From: a bacterium | GTDB lineage: Bacteria; UBP15; UBA6099; JAJRTR01 | NCBI GenBank assembly: GCA_024278215.1 | Contig: JAJRTR010000072.1 | Span: 1 to 38,561 of the forward strand | Reading direction: 5' to 3' | Length of the DNA stretch: 38,561 nucleotides | In this document: positions 29,491-37,930 of the stretch, piece by piece | Layout: each line of letters starts with the position of its first letter | Numbering within the stretch: position 1 is the stretch's first letter | Notes under the pieces: model-generated | The model's database searches: none | What the model was told of the DNA's origin: nothing | Seen by the model: the letters and a program-made list of their open reading frames with translations, nothing else | Position numbers and translations under genes: made by a program

Positions 29491-29570
29491 TTGTCTTCCC
29501 TGTTCCGCAAGATATCGTGCTCGTATATTTGTTTGAATGCGCCCATTTGTTTCCATGGTCGGCACTTCAT

Positions 29571-29906
29571 TTATGGCGTCACCAGGCAATGTTTATCACC
29601 CTTAGAAAAATAATCCGCCAACAATTCAAGAACATCGTCCCGCACCGTGTAATAAGACCACTGTCCACATTGATAAACATTCACAATACCAGCATATCTC
29701 AACTCTTTGAGATGATGCGACAGGGTCGGAGCCGACACATTAAGTTGATTGAGAATCTCGCAGACGCAGACAGCACCATCAGGAACATCATCCGACCTGT
29801 TTCCGTTCCTGCATTGAACAACATCCGCGTGTCCATTACGGATTATCTCGAACGCCTTGAGCCGGTTCCTGTTCGAAAGCGCTTTAAATATCGTTGATAA
29901 ATCCAT
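29571..29906 (-). CDS. arsR: ArsR-family As(III)-responsive repressor
   Basis: FKALS...RL, alpha3 VCVCEI, S.PTLSHHLKEL..AG. Lies directly upstream of arsC-acr3. Confidence 0.88.
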   Translation of the reverse strand: MDLSTIFKALSNRNRLKAFEIIRNGHADVVQCRNGNRSDDVPDGAVCVCEILNQLNVSAPTLSHHLKELRYAGIVNVYQCGQWSYYTVRDDVLELLADYFSKGDKHCLVTP

Positions 29907-29955
29907 TGTTTTTCTCCCGATTTAAAACAATACCGGTTACTTCATGCTTTTTACG

Positions 29956-29972
29956 ACAGGCGAGACGCCTGT
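29956..29972. repeat. Short REP-like palindrome
   Basis: ACAGGCG-AGA-CGCCTGT. Single copy in the window. Confidence 0.4.
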
Positions 29973-30048
29973 GCCGGTAATGAACTTAAGCAACCTGTAT
30001 TGGGATAAAAAATCATTTTTCATTCTACAGTATGCCGGGCTTATCTAC

Positions 30049-30100
30049 TTAGACAATTGCCTAACTATAGTAATTATACAGTCGGTTTGAAAATTATCAA
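30049..30100 (-). promoter_or_regulatory. Promoter and probable ArsR operator of arsR-arsC-acr3
   Basis: Minus strand TTGATA-16 nt-TATAAT (30100-30073), then the imperfect palindrome TTAGACAATTGCCTAA (30049-30064) just downstream of the predicted start site. Confidence 0.65.
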
Positions 30101-30132
30101 TACTTTGCGTTTTTATCTCGATAGGAGAATAC

Positions 30133-30163
30133 GTCTCTTTCGGGCGTAAGTCCCGAAGGAGAC
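30133..30163. other. GC-rich hairpin downstream of the P-type ATPase (terminator or REP-like)
   Basis: GTCTCTTTCGGG-CGTAAGT-CCCGAAGGAGAC. No clear U-tract on the minus strand. Confidence 0.4.
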
Positions 30164-30278
30164 ATTTCGGAGTTTGGGAGTTCAGAAAAGAACAAAAGTT
30201 TTGCGCTACTGTTTACAGGGTGCATCCCTTTCTCTTTCCGGGGCACATAAGAGGAACGCAGGGAGGCGACGGCGGCGG

Positions 30279-32636
30279 TCACCCTGATGTGTCGTTTTGT
30301 TTTATCAGTCTAAGGCTGTTGATTATAACTATGAGAGAAGCGCCCATGTCGGCGAAAACCGCCATCCAGAGAGTAGCGATACCGCCGACAGCCGCAATAA
30401 GAAATACAACTTTTATCAATAGTGAAAGGATTATGTTTTGCTTTATCACATACAGTGTTTTTCTGCTGAGTTTTATTGCGTAGGGCAACTTGCGAAGATC
30501 ATCGGACATCAGGGCAATGTCCGCCGTTTCAAGAGCGGCGTCAGTGCCGGCGGTGCCCATCGCGATCCCGATAGTTGATGCGGCCAGAGCCGGTGCATCG
30601 TTTACGCCATCGCCCACCATAGCAACCGTTCCATATTCGTCGAGCAGAGTCTTTATCGCATCGAGCTTATCTTCCGGCAAGAGGTCGGCCTTGATTTCAT
30701 CAATATCAAGTTTTTCCGCGATGGCCTGCGCTGTCCATAAATTGTCTCCGGTCAACATTATGGTTTTCTGTATTCCGCCCTCTTTAACTTTCTTCAAAGC
30801 CTCCCGGCTTATCTCCCTGACATCATCCGCTATCGCTATGAGGCCGAGTATCGCCTGCCCGTTTCCCACCAGAACAACAGTCTGGCCTTTTCCCTCCAGT
30901 TCCATAAGTTGTTTATCTCTCGCGCTATCGCAGAACCCCATTTCCTCGAAGAGACGATGGTTCCCGATATAAAACAATTCGCCTTCGACTGTTCCTTTCG
31001 CCCCTTTCCCGGTGATGGCTTCAAACTCCTCGGCCTCGGTATGAGACACTCCAAGCTCGACCGCCTTTTCCAATATCGCTTTCCCCAGATGGTGCTCGGA
31101 GCGCGATTCGAGCGCGGCGGCTACCCGCAAAACAGCTTTTACGTCTTTTTCGTCGACCGGTATTATTTCAACCACGCGCGGAACTCCGTGGGTAAGTGTG
31201 CCGGTTTTATCGAATGCAATTGCCTTCAGGTGGCCCATCGCTTCAAGGTATACGCCTCCCTTGATCAAAACGCCGTTGCGTGCTGCTGTGGAAAGTGCCG
31301 TGACGATGGCAACCGGTGTCGAGATAACCAACGCGCACGGACACGCTATAACCAGTAGTACGAGAGCGCGATATATCCACGGTGTGAACGGCTGGTTGAA
31401 AAACAGCGGCGGGATACTCACAACGAGAAGAGAAGCCAGAATCACGAGTGGAGTATAGTACTTCGCAAATCTGTCTACGAATTTCTGAGAGGGCGCTTTC
31501 TGCGATTGCGCTTCCTCTATCATGTGGATGATTCTTGAAAGGGTTGTGTCTTTTGACAGTTTCGTCACGCGCAATTCAACAGTTCCACGTTCATTAAGTG
31601 TGCCTGCGAAAACTTCGTCGCCCGGTTCTTTTTTTACCGGCAGGGATTCGCCTGTTATGGGTGCCTGGTTTATGTACGTGTTTCCCCGGACGACTTCGCC
31701 GTCCATAGGAATCTTTTCCCCCGGTTTTATCAAAACTACTTCCCCGATTTCGATATCTTTCACATCGACATCCACGACAGCCCCGTTCCTGCGAACCGCG
31801 GCATGATTGGGGGCAATCTGCATCAGGGTTCTGATCGCCCTGCGGGCACGATCCATACTGTATGTTTCAAGTAGATTTGCTAAAGAGAAAAGGAAAACCA
31901 CCATAGCGGCTTCCTGCCACTCGCCGATAGCGGCGGCACCAGTCACCGCGATAACCATCAGGCAGTTCATATCGAGACTGCGATTTTTGAGGGCTGTCCA
32001 TCCCTTGCGTGCCGTAAGTGCTCCGCCAGTGACAATCGCCGGGATATATAACAGGTATGTAAGTGAATCCGGGAACTTGTGGATATAACCGTGAAAAATT
32101 GCGGCAAGCAGCAGCACTCCTGACGCGGCTGTTAATATCATTTGCCTGTTTTTAACAAAAAATGATGTCGAAGTGTTTTCCCCATCGTTTTCGGAGTCCA
32201 CAATTTCGGCTTTGAAGCCCACCGACTTAACCGCTCTTTTTATATCTTCCGTCTCGCACGTATGTGTCACAATCACGTTTTGTTCAACGAGGTTGAACCG
32301 AAAATCAAGAATCCCGTTAACGGACAGTAACTTTTTTTCAATAATTGAAGACTCATCCGCACAATCCATTCCTTCAATACTGAAAGTCGTGCTGCTCTCT
32401 CCGGAAAGTACATTTGACGTATAGCCCGCCTGCGATATCCGTTTTATAATCTCTTTTGGATCAACAGAATTATCATCAGCGGCAAGCACCGTGATAGTCG
32501 AACTCATGAGATTGACATTAACCCGCTCAATCCCGTCGAGGCCCAAAAGAGTACTTTCCAACCCTTCCACACAACTTGCGCAGTCGATACCCTCGACACT
32601 CAGTTTGATCTTTTTCCGTCCAGTCTCATTTTTCAT
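30279..32636 (-). CDS. zntA: Zn/Cd/Pb-exporting P1B-2 ATPase with two N-terminal metal-binding domains
   Basis: GIDCASC and GMDCADE HMA domains, TGES, CPC, DKTGT, GDGVNDAP, TM8 ADMG. Confidence 0.9.
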   Translation of the reverse strand: MKNETGRKKIKLSVEGIDCASCVEGLESTLLGLDGIERVNVNLMSSTITVLAADDNSVDPKEIIKRISQAGYTSNVLSGESSTTFSIEGMDCADESSIIEKKLLSVNGILDFRFNLVEQNVIVTHTCETEDIKRAVKSVGFKAEIVDSENDGENTSTSFFVKNRQMILTAASGVLLLAAIFHGYIHKFPDSLTYLLYIPAIVTGGALTARKGWTALKNRSLDMNCLMVIAVTGAAAIGEWQEAAMVVFLFSLANLLETYSMDRARRAIRTLMQIAPNHAAVRRNGAVVDVDVKDIEIGEVVLIKPGEKIPMDGEVVRGNTYINQAPITGESLPVKKEPGDEVFAGTLNERGTVELRVTKLSKDTTLSRIIHMIEEAQSQKAPSQKFVDRFAKYYTPLVILASLLVVSIPPLFFNQPFTPWIYRALVLLVIACPCALVISTPVAIVTALSTAARNGVLIKGGVYLEAMGHLKAIAFDKTGTLTHGVPRVVEIIPVDEKDVKAVLRVAAALESRSEHHLGKAILEKAVELGVSHTEAEEFEAITGKGAKGTVEGELFYIGNHRLFEEMGFCDSARDKQLMELEGKGQTVVLVGNGQAILGLIAIADDVREISREALKKVKEGGIQKTIMLTGDNLWTAQAIAEKLDIDEIKADLLPEDKLDAIKTLLDEYGTVAMVGDGVNDAPALAASTIGIAMGTAGTDAALETADIALMSDDLRKLPYAIKLSRKTLYVIKQNIILSLLIKVVFLIAAVGGIATLWMAVFADMGASLIVIINSLRLIKQNDTSG

Positions 32637-32740
32637 ATCTCATACATCCTTTGCCTGCAATCATTTTTAACCGCTTCCTCGGGAACGGTCCGCACCTGCC
32701 TGTCCAGGAATACCGTAATGCCTGAAAAGAGAACTTCTTT

Positions 32741-32920
32741 AGAGCCAATTGCAAAACCATGTTCGTAGCGAGGTCGAGCGAAATTGTTCAGAGCAAGGCG
32801 GAGGTGTAAAATCCTCGCAGGCGTACTTGTAGAGTACGTCGAGGACGATTTTATGCCGACAACGCAGCTATGGACAATAGCAGCCGACCGCAGCAGAATC
32901 AGAATTTTGCAATTAGCTCT
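32741..32920. mobile_element. Palindromic element family A, intact (180 bp)
   Basis: Terminal inverted repeat AGAGCCAATTGCAAAA / TTTTGCAATTAGCTCT (15 of 16). Nested stems GGTCG/CGACC, ATTGTTCA/TGGACAAT, AAAATCCTCG/CGAGGACGATTTT, CGTAC/GTACG. Confidence 0.88.
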
Positions 32921-33009
32921 TTATATAAACAGCTTACTGTATGCGGGCAGTACTTGTCCAAGGCACAACCTACTTATGCTGTGAGCGGTTACCACATGGC
33001 ACCACGACA

Positions 33010-33516
33010 CTACAACGCCTCGGAAGATGTTTTTTCAGCGGAATCACCCACATTGCATGAACTCACATCACTCAGTTCCATACTGGACCTGGTGCCTGTA
33101 AACTTACTTCCGTCCGGCGCGATCCACGTAGGTATCTTCTTGATACCTTTTGCTTTACAGAACTCGGAAAACTTCCGGCTTCCGTTCGGACTGCACTCGA
33201 TATAATTGATGTATTTAAAAGACTTTCCGAAAATCGCCTTCTGTTTGGCGCAATTAGGACACCAGTGTGTGCCGTACATTTTGTAGCCTCTGGAAGTAAG
33301 GCATTTTGCCAGTGCGTCATGAGGACCCGGCCGCAATAGGCTTACCGTTATTGCGGAGCCCCCGACAAGCGCGGCTATCGAAAGAATAACGGCAATAACT
33401 ATACGTCGGCGGCGGCGATCCGCGATTTTCTTTTCGACATCCTTCTCAAGGCAGCATTTCTTATATTTCAAACCACTCCCGCAGGGACAGGGCGCATTCC
33501 TCTTTATTGACGGCAT
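33010..33516 (-). CDS. SEC-C zinc motif + TM helix + thioredoxin/glutaredoxin-like domain protein
   Basis: RNAPCPCGSGLKYKKCC, basic stretch plus hydrophobic helix, MYGTHWCPNC..QK..FG, YIEC, IPTW. Confidence 0.8.
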   Translation of the reverse strand: MPSIKRNAPCPCGSGLKYKKCCLEKDVEKKIADRRRRRIVIAVILSIAALVGGSAITVSLLRPGPHDALAKCLTSRGYKMYGTHWCPNCAKQKAIFGKSFKYINYIECSPNGSRKFSEFCKAKGIKKIPTWIAPDGSKFTGTRSSMELSDVSSCNVGDSAEKTSSEAL

Positions 33517-33555
33517 AAGTTCACCTCCTCACATTTTATTTTTTCCGCCACGGCG

Positions 33556-33969
33556 CTATCCTATAGCAATAAGCCTCGATTCGGCAGTTTTACGCACCTG
33601 TATAATGGAACTTATGAAACTGTCCAGGTCACTTCTTTCAAGCGGTTTTTCCATATACCGTTTAGCACCGGAAATATATGCAACCAGCTTCGTTGCCAGG
33701 TCTATACGTTCGGAAATGCAGATTACCGGAATATCCGGAACCTGTTTGCCTTTAAAGACATTTTTCAAGAACTCAATCCCTCCGGAATCAGGCATATCCA
33801 GGTCCAGGATAATTACATCCGGCCTTTCAACACTGCACGCTTCCAGTGCATCTTCTGCGGAAAACGATTCGAAGATAATTTCACCCGGTCTGGAAAACCA
33901 CTGGCCGGATGTCTCTTGCAGAAACCTGTCGGCTTCAACGATAAAAACTCTGATCTCTCTGTCTTTCAT
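33556..33969 (-). CDS. Stand-alone response-regulator receiver domain protein
   Basis: PDVIILDLDMP (phospho-Asp), IPVICIS, GAKRYMEKP. GAGGAGG RBS before ATG 33969. Confidence 0.85.
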   Translation of the reverse strand: MKDREIRVFIVEADRFLQETSGQWFSRPGEIIFESFSAEDALEACSVERPDVIILDLDMPDSGGIEFLKNVFKGKQVPDIPVICISERIDLATKLVAYISGAKRYMEKPLERSDLDSFISSIIQVRKTAESRLIAIG

Positions 33970-34039
33970 CTTATATTCCTCCTCACATCGATTTTTCAGG
34001 ACAACCACGGAGCATATCTGTCACATTGTCATGAAAAAC

Positions 34040-34546
34040 TCAGGATATAAGGACAATCGTATTGATTGAAGCCGGCATGAAATTGTTTGTTGCATGATAG
34101 TTTTTACGTATGGATATTGCAGATGATAAATTGAGAGCGTCAACAGGCTTAATGAAAAGGAAAACATTAAAAGGAATTCTTTTAATATCAAGCAGCTTAC
34201 CTCTGTCACCTTTTTTTATAATGAATTGCTTCACGGAATTTGAAATGGATAAAGGAATGTCTTTGCATGAATCGCCGGCACTGCATTCATATCGGTCGAC
34301 AACAACGTTTTTTTGTTCTGCGGGTCCTGATTCCAGCGCATCGGAAGGGATAGCTTCATTGCTGTAATTCGCCCCGCATGTGTTCGGGGGCAAATAAGAC
34401 TTGGCGTCTTCAACCTCAATCGCAACCTGTCCGTCGCTATAAAGACACAGCACCATTCCATCGACTATTCCGGTGCCGAAAAACAGATACCCGAACAGGA
34501 TGAGCATTGCAGTGCTTTTTATGCGATCGGCTTTCTTGAAGATCAT
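34040..34546 (-). CDS. Hypothetical exported/membrane Cys-containing protein, paralogue of 36971..37486
   Basis: N-terminal hydrophobic segment. GMVLC...DGQVAIE, C..GDSCKDIPLSIS and C-terminal SINTIVLIS are shared with the paralogue. Confidence 0.7.
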   Translation of the reverse strand: MIFKKADRIKSTAMLILFGYLFFGTGIVDGMVLCLYSDGQVAIEVEDAKSYLPPNTCGANYSNEAIPSDALESGPAEQKNVVVDRYECSAGDSCKDIPLSISNSVKQFIIKKGDRGKLLDIKRIPFNVFLFIKPVDALNLSSAISIRKNYHATNNFMPASINTIVLIS

Positions 34547-34576
34547 CAGGTTTCATTCCCCCTTTCCGGTTTTCTT

Positions 34577-34608
34577 TAACCTGGATTTCTCACAAAGAAA
34601 TCCGGAAG
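34577..34608. repeat. Solo right-end hairpin of family B
   Basis: TAACCTGGATTTCTCACAAAGAAATCCGGA matches 28802-28831. Confidence 0.75.
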
Positions 34609-34703
34609 AGTCGGGAAGGGGCGACATTCTTTGCCCCTCCCCTGTTAAAACATCTTCGAATCTGCTGCATTTACACAGCTATATATAAAAAGCGCCGTTC
34701 TTC

Positions 34704-35525
34704 TCAGAAAGCATACTGAGCGCTCATAACGTAACCGTTGCCAAGGCCGACCTTTGATGTGGAGTTGATGTCCCCGGCGTCGACGAAAGCGCCCACGAGC
34801 GAGAGATTCTTATTCACGAACCATGCGACATGCGCATCCCAGTAGTCGGCATTTTTAAAATCGCTGAATCTCGCTCCCTGCTTGAACTCCAGTCCCAGCG
34901 CGAGGTTCGGCAAAGGCAGGATAGCCACGTTTCCGAATATCGTGAGATCACGTTTTGAATCGTGCCCGAATACACCCGTCACAAGCTCATCTGTGGACAG
35001 CAGGCCGCCTGATACGAGGATCGGTTTCGATGTGGAAGTAAAAAGTTTCGTCCCGACGATATAAAGGTCCAGACCGGACTTGCTGAAGCCGGCTCCGGGG
35101 TTGATGTCGGTGTCCTTCCATATTCCACCTATCGATACTGCCGGTACAGACTTGTTGCCGTTCTTGTTTTCAGGAACGATAAGATATTTCATACCGAGAT
35201 TGTTCTTATGGATGTTGTCGCCGTTGTCCACGGCGATCAGTTCGTAGCCATAAGATAATTCGAGTCGATCCCCGATAGTTTCGGCCACCCCGTTTGCGAC
35301 CCAGTCTACATTTGCCTTGCCCAGTTTCACGTACCAGCCGCCGATCTGAGGATTGCTCAACCTCTGGCCGGCTTTGGCGTTCTGCCCGGCAGGATATGCA
35401 AGCGGGTTGAAAGCGATACCGCCCACTCCCTGAAGGTTGTTAAGCGGTACGCCCGCAGCGGAGGGAATGGAATTCACGATCAGGATACCTATTGCTAAAA
35501 TGATGGTCTTTACATGCGAGTTCAT
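34704..35525 (-). CDS. Putative outer-membrane beta-barrel protein (DUF3034-like)
   Basis: Signal peptide, N-terminal NNLQGVGG...PLAY, alternating amphipathic strands, WDAHVAWFVNKNLSLVGAFVDAG, terminal aromatic YAF (BAM signal). Confidence 0.65.
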   Translation of the reverse strand: MNSHVKTIILAIGILIVNSIPSAAGVPLNNLQGVGGIAFNPLAYPAGQNAKAGQRLSNPQIGGWYVKLGKANVDWVANGVAETIGDRLELSYGYELIAVDNGDNIHKNNLGMKYLIVPENKNGNKSVPAVSIGGIWKDTDINPGAGFSKSGLDLYIVGTKLFTSTSKPILVSGGLLSTDELVTGVFGHDSKRDLTIFGNVAILPLPNLALGLEFKQGARFSDFKNADYWDAHVAWFVNKNLSLVGAFVDAGDINSTSKVGLGNGYVMSAQYAF

Positions 35526-35574
35526 CTGATTTCTCCTTTCATTTCAAAGTGTTTTGTGTCGCATGACATGAGGC

Positions 35575-36009
35575 TCACCAGCAGCCCCATCCGCCATATA
35601 CCTGGCGCCCATTCGGATTATTGCCGTCCCATCCGCCATAACCGCATCCGCATCCATAGTAGTGTCCTCCGCTATATGATGCCGGAGCGGGTGTGTAAGC
35701 ACGCGAGTCACCCCAGTTCTGCCGTGACATCTGCTGTCCTCTGTGCCGGTTATAGCTGTACTGATCGGCATAATTACGGTTGTTGTCCCATTGCCGGGAG
35801 TAGTTCACATTCGCCGGATCGTGGCCGCAGCCATAGTAATGTTCATGTCCGCTGTAGTTGCTATTCTGCAGATAGTGTTCACAACCATAGTAATGCTGAT
35901 GCTGCGCGGTCTGTGACACCTGTCCGATCGTAGCCTTTGCAGTCAGAACGACTGCCACCGCAATAATAGCGACCAGTCCGAGTAACTTGATATTCCTGAT
36001 CTTATTCAT
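35575..36009 (-). CDS. Exported His/Tyr/Gly/Cys-rich repeat protein (3 x HYYGC, C-terminal GWGCW)
   Basis: AAGGAG RBS before ATG 36009, signal peptide MNKIRNIKLLGLVAIIAVAVVLTAKA. Repeats differ at synonymous codon positions. Confidence 0.75.
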   Translation of the reverse strand: MNKIRNIKLLGLVAIIAVAVVLTAKATIGQVSQTAQHQHYYGCEHYLQNSNYSGHEHYYGCGHDPANVNYSRQWDNNRNYADQYSYNRHRGQQMSRQNWGDSRAYTPAPASYSGGHYYGCGCGYGGWDGNNPNGRQVYGGWGCW

Positions 36010-36063
36010 CGTTACAGCTCCTTTTTTAGTTTTTTTCGTTTCGCTGACCGGCAATCGCCGAAA

Positions 36064-36846
36064 TCACCAGCAACCCCAGCCCCTGTTGTTCCGCCCGTCA
36101 TAGTGTCCGCAGCCGTCGTAATGCTGATGGTAACCATCCGAGTTGATATAGTGAGAACATCCGTAGTAATGGCCCTGTTCACCATGAGACATGCTGCCGT
36201 TATAATGCCCGCAACCATAGTAGTGGCCCTGGTTGGGACCGCTCTGAGGAAGGGCCGATGTCTGTGAATTACCCTGCAATCGGTAGTCGGCTCCCGGAGC
36301 CGCCGTTTCCATCGTTACGATATTGCCGCAATTGATCATCTCACTACCGAAATACGGATTGCGCGCAGTCGGATATGTCTGAACCCAATTGCTGTTTTTC
36401 ATCGGGCAGTTGAATACGAAGTACCGGCTCGCGAGTTCCGGCGGAAAATAATTCTTCACGAGCGTAATAATTGCTTCACTCAAGGGGGCGAAAGCCGCAC
36501 GGGCTCCGTCCAGTTTGAGTTTTTTATCCGTTAAAGGCTTTGCGGCTTTTTCAACATCACCAAGAGCCTTTTTCAGGTCATTGCCTTTATCCGCACCGGT
36601 AAGCTTCAGAGCGGAATCCACAAACGTGACTATGGAATTCGCATGTTCTCTCACGCCATCTACCGAATCCGCGGTGAGCGCCTCATGAATCCGGAGATAG
36701 CTGAACGTAACCAGATTCATATTGTCCTGCAACGATTTCTCCTGGCCGGCGGCGTGAGATGCACCTGCGAACAATGCACCATATATTGCCATCGTCACCG
36801 CTATTATCGTTACTGCTGTTTTTATCTTGTTTTTTGTAAGTTCCAT
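36064..36846 (-). CDS. Exported DUF3347-like heavy-metal-associated protein with a C-terminal HYYGC-repeat tail
   Basis: AAGGAG RBS and signal peptide. YL.I..AL.AD, AR.AF..LSEA, F.CPM....W.Q......NPYFG..M..CG as in DUF3347/CusB-associated domains. Tail HYYGCGH, HYYGCSH, HYDGCGH, GWGCW. Confidence 0.8.
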   Translation of the reverse strand: MELTKNKIKTAVTIIAVTMAIYGALFAGASHAAGQEKSLQDNMNLVTFSYLRIHEALTADSVDGVREHANSIVTFVDSALKLTGADKGNDLKKALGDVEKAAKPLTDKKLKLDGARAAFAPLSEAIITLVKNYFPPELASRYFVFNCPMKNSNWVQTYPTARNPYFGSEMINCGNIVTMETAAPGADYRLQGNSQTSALPQSGPNQGHYYGCGHYNGSMSHGEQGHYYGCSHYINSDGYHQHYDGCGHYDGRNNRGWGCW

Positions 36847-36970
36847 GTCTGAACACTCCTTTCGATTATCTCGGAATTTACCATATATGCCGCACTCAAC
36901 GCTCCCGGAATCAAACGCATTACCGGAGCGCGTTAAGGGAACAAAAATATTCAGTTTTAGAATTTGATTA

Positions 36971-37486
36971 TCAGGTCAGAAGAATAACTGTGCTTAAAGA
37001 ATAAAGCGTTGAATTTACACCATGAGAATATTCTACGGGGTCATTTAAAAAACGATTCAGCGGAAACAGCGCCGTCGGTGTTGCCGACAACACAGCATAA
37101 ACATTATTCGGCAATGGCGATATCTTTAACGCTGTTTTGGCACGCACTATTTTTGCGATAGCTGCAACTGCGGAAATGGAAATGTCGACATCGTGGCACG
37201 AGTCGCCGCAATCTTTTTGTGAATCATCCGCGGCAGTAACAGAAATGCCCCGTGCATTTTTCAGGGGGGCGATTAAGTCGCTTTTTCCCTCATTCATAGT
37301 GCAGAATTCCATATTAACGGCATTGAATTCTTTTTCATCGAGTTCGATGGCAACTCTGCCGTTATCAGAAACACAGAGGACAAGCCCCTCCGCAACCCCG
37401 GCCCCGTAAATCGTATACATGACCAAGATGAGAAGCGCCAGTCGCTTACGTGACTGTAGAATTTTCTTGAAAAAGGTCTTCTTCAT
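36971..37486 (-). CDS. Hypothetical exported/membrane Cys-containing protein, paralogue of 34040..34546
   Basis: GLVLC..DNGRVAIE, CGDSCHDVDISIS, C-terminal SLSTVILLT. Confidence 0.7.
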   Translation of the reverse strand: MKKTFFKKILQSRKRLALLILVMYTIYGAGVAEGLVLCVSDNGRVAIELDEKEFNAVNMEFCTMNEGKSDLIAPLKNARGISVTAADDSQKDCGDSCHDVDISISAVAAIAKIVRAKTALKISPLPNNVYAVLSATPTALFPLNRFLNDPVEYSHGVNSTLYSLSTVILLT

Positions 37487-37526
37487 TTTTATTTACCCTG
37501 CAACTTCGCCACAACACCTCTTTTTG

Positions 37527-37898
37527 TTAACTTGTTCTGGCCTTCGCCTCTTCCATAAGACAAAGTCCCTGATTCAAAAGACCAACAACGCAGGGATCGG
37601 CAATGGAATAATAAATGTTGTTCCCATTGCGCCGTGTGCTTACGATACCGCGATACACCATCCTCTGAAGTTGATTCGAAACCGCCTGGGGTTTCATCTC
37701 TATCGCTTCGGCCAAATCAGAAACGCATATTTCATCTTCTCGAATAATCGTGTGCAATATTCTCAAACGGGTCTGATTGCCAAGAATCTTGAACATTGAT
37801 TCCAGTTCGGCAGCAGTTTTAATGCTCATAAGACCTCGCTCCCTTATATGAAGCTTCGGTTTGCAGGTTGTTCCGTCTTTCACCGCATCTAAAATCAA
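37527..37898 (-). CDS. ArsR/SmtB-family metalloregulator
   Basis: FKILGNQTRLRIL, EICVSDLA, QAVSNQLQRM, RRNG..IYYS. TTG start at 37898, alternative ATG at 37829. Confidence 0.9.
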   Translation of the reverse strand: MILDAVKDGTTCKPKLHIRERGLMSIKTAAELESMFKILGNQTRLRILHTIIREDEICVSDLAEAIEMKPQAVSNQLQRMVYRGIVSTRRNGNNIYYSIADPCVVGLLNQGLCLMEEAKARTS

Positions 37899-37930
37899 AA
37901 TCAGGATTCCCTTCTACACCGCGATCTCTT

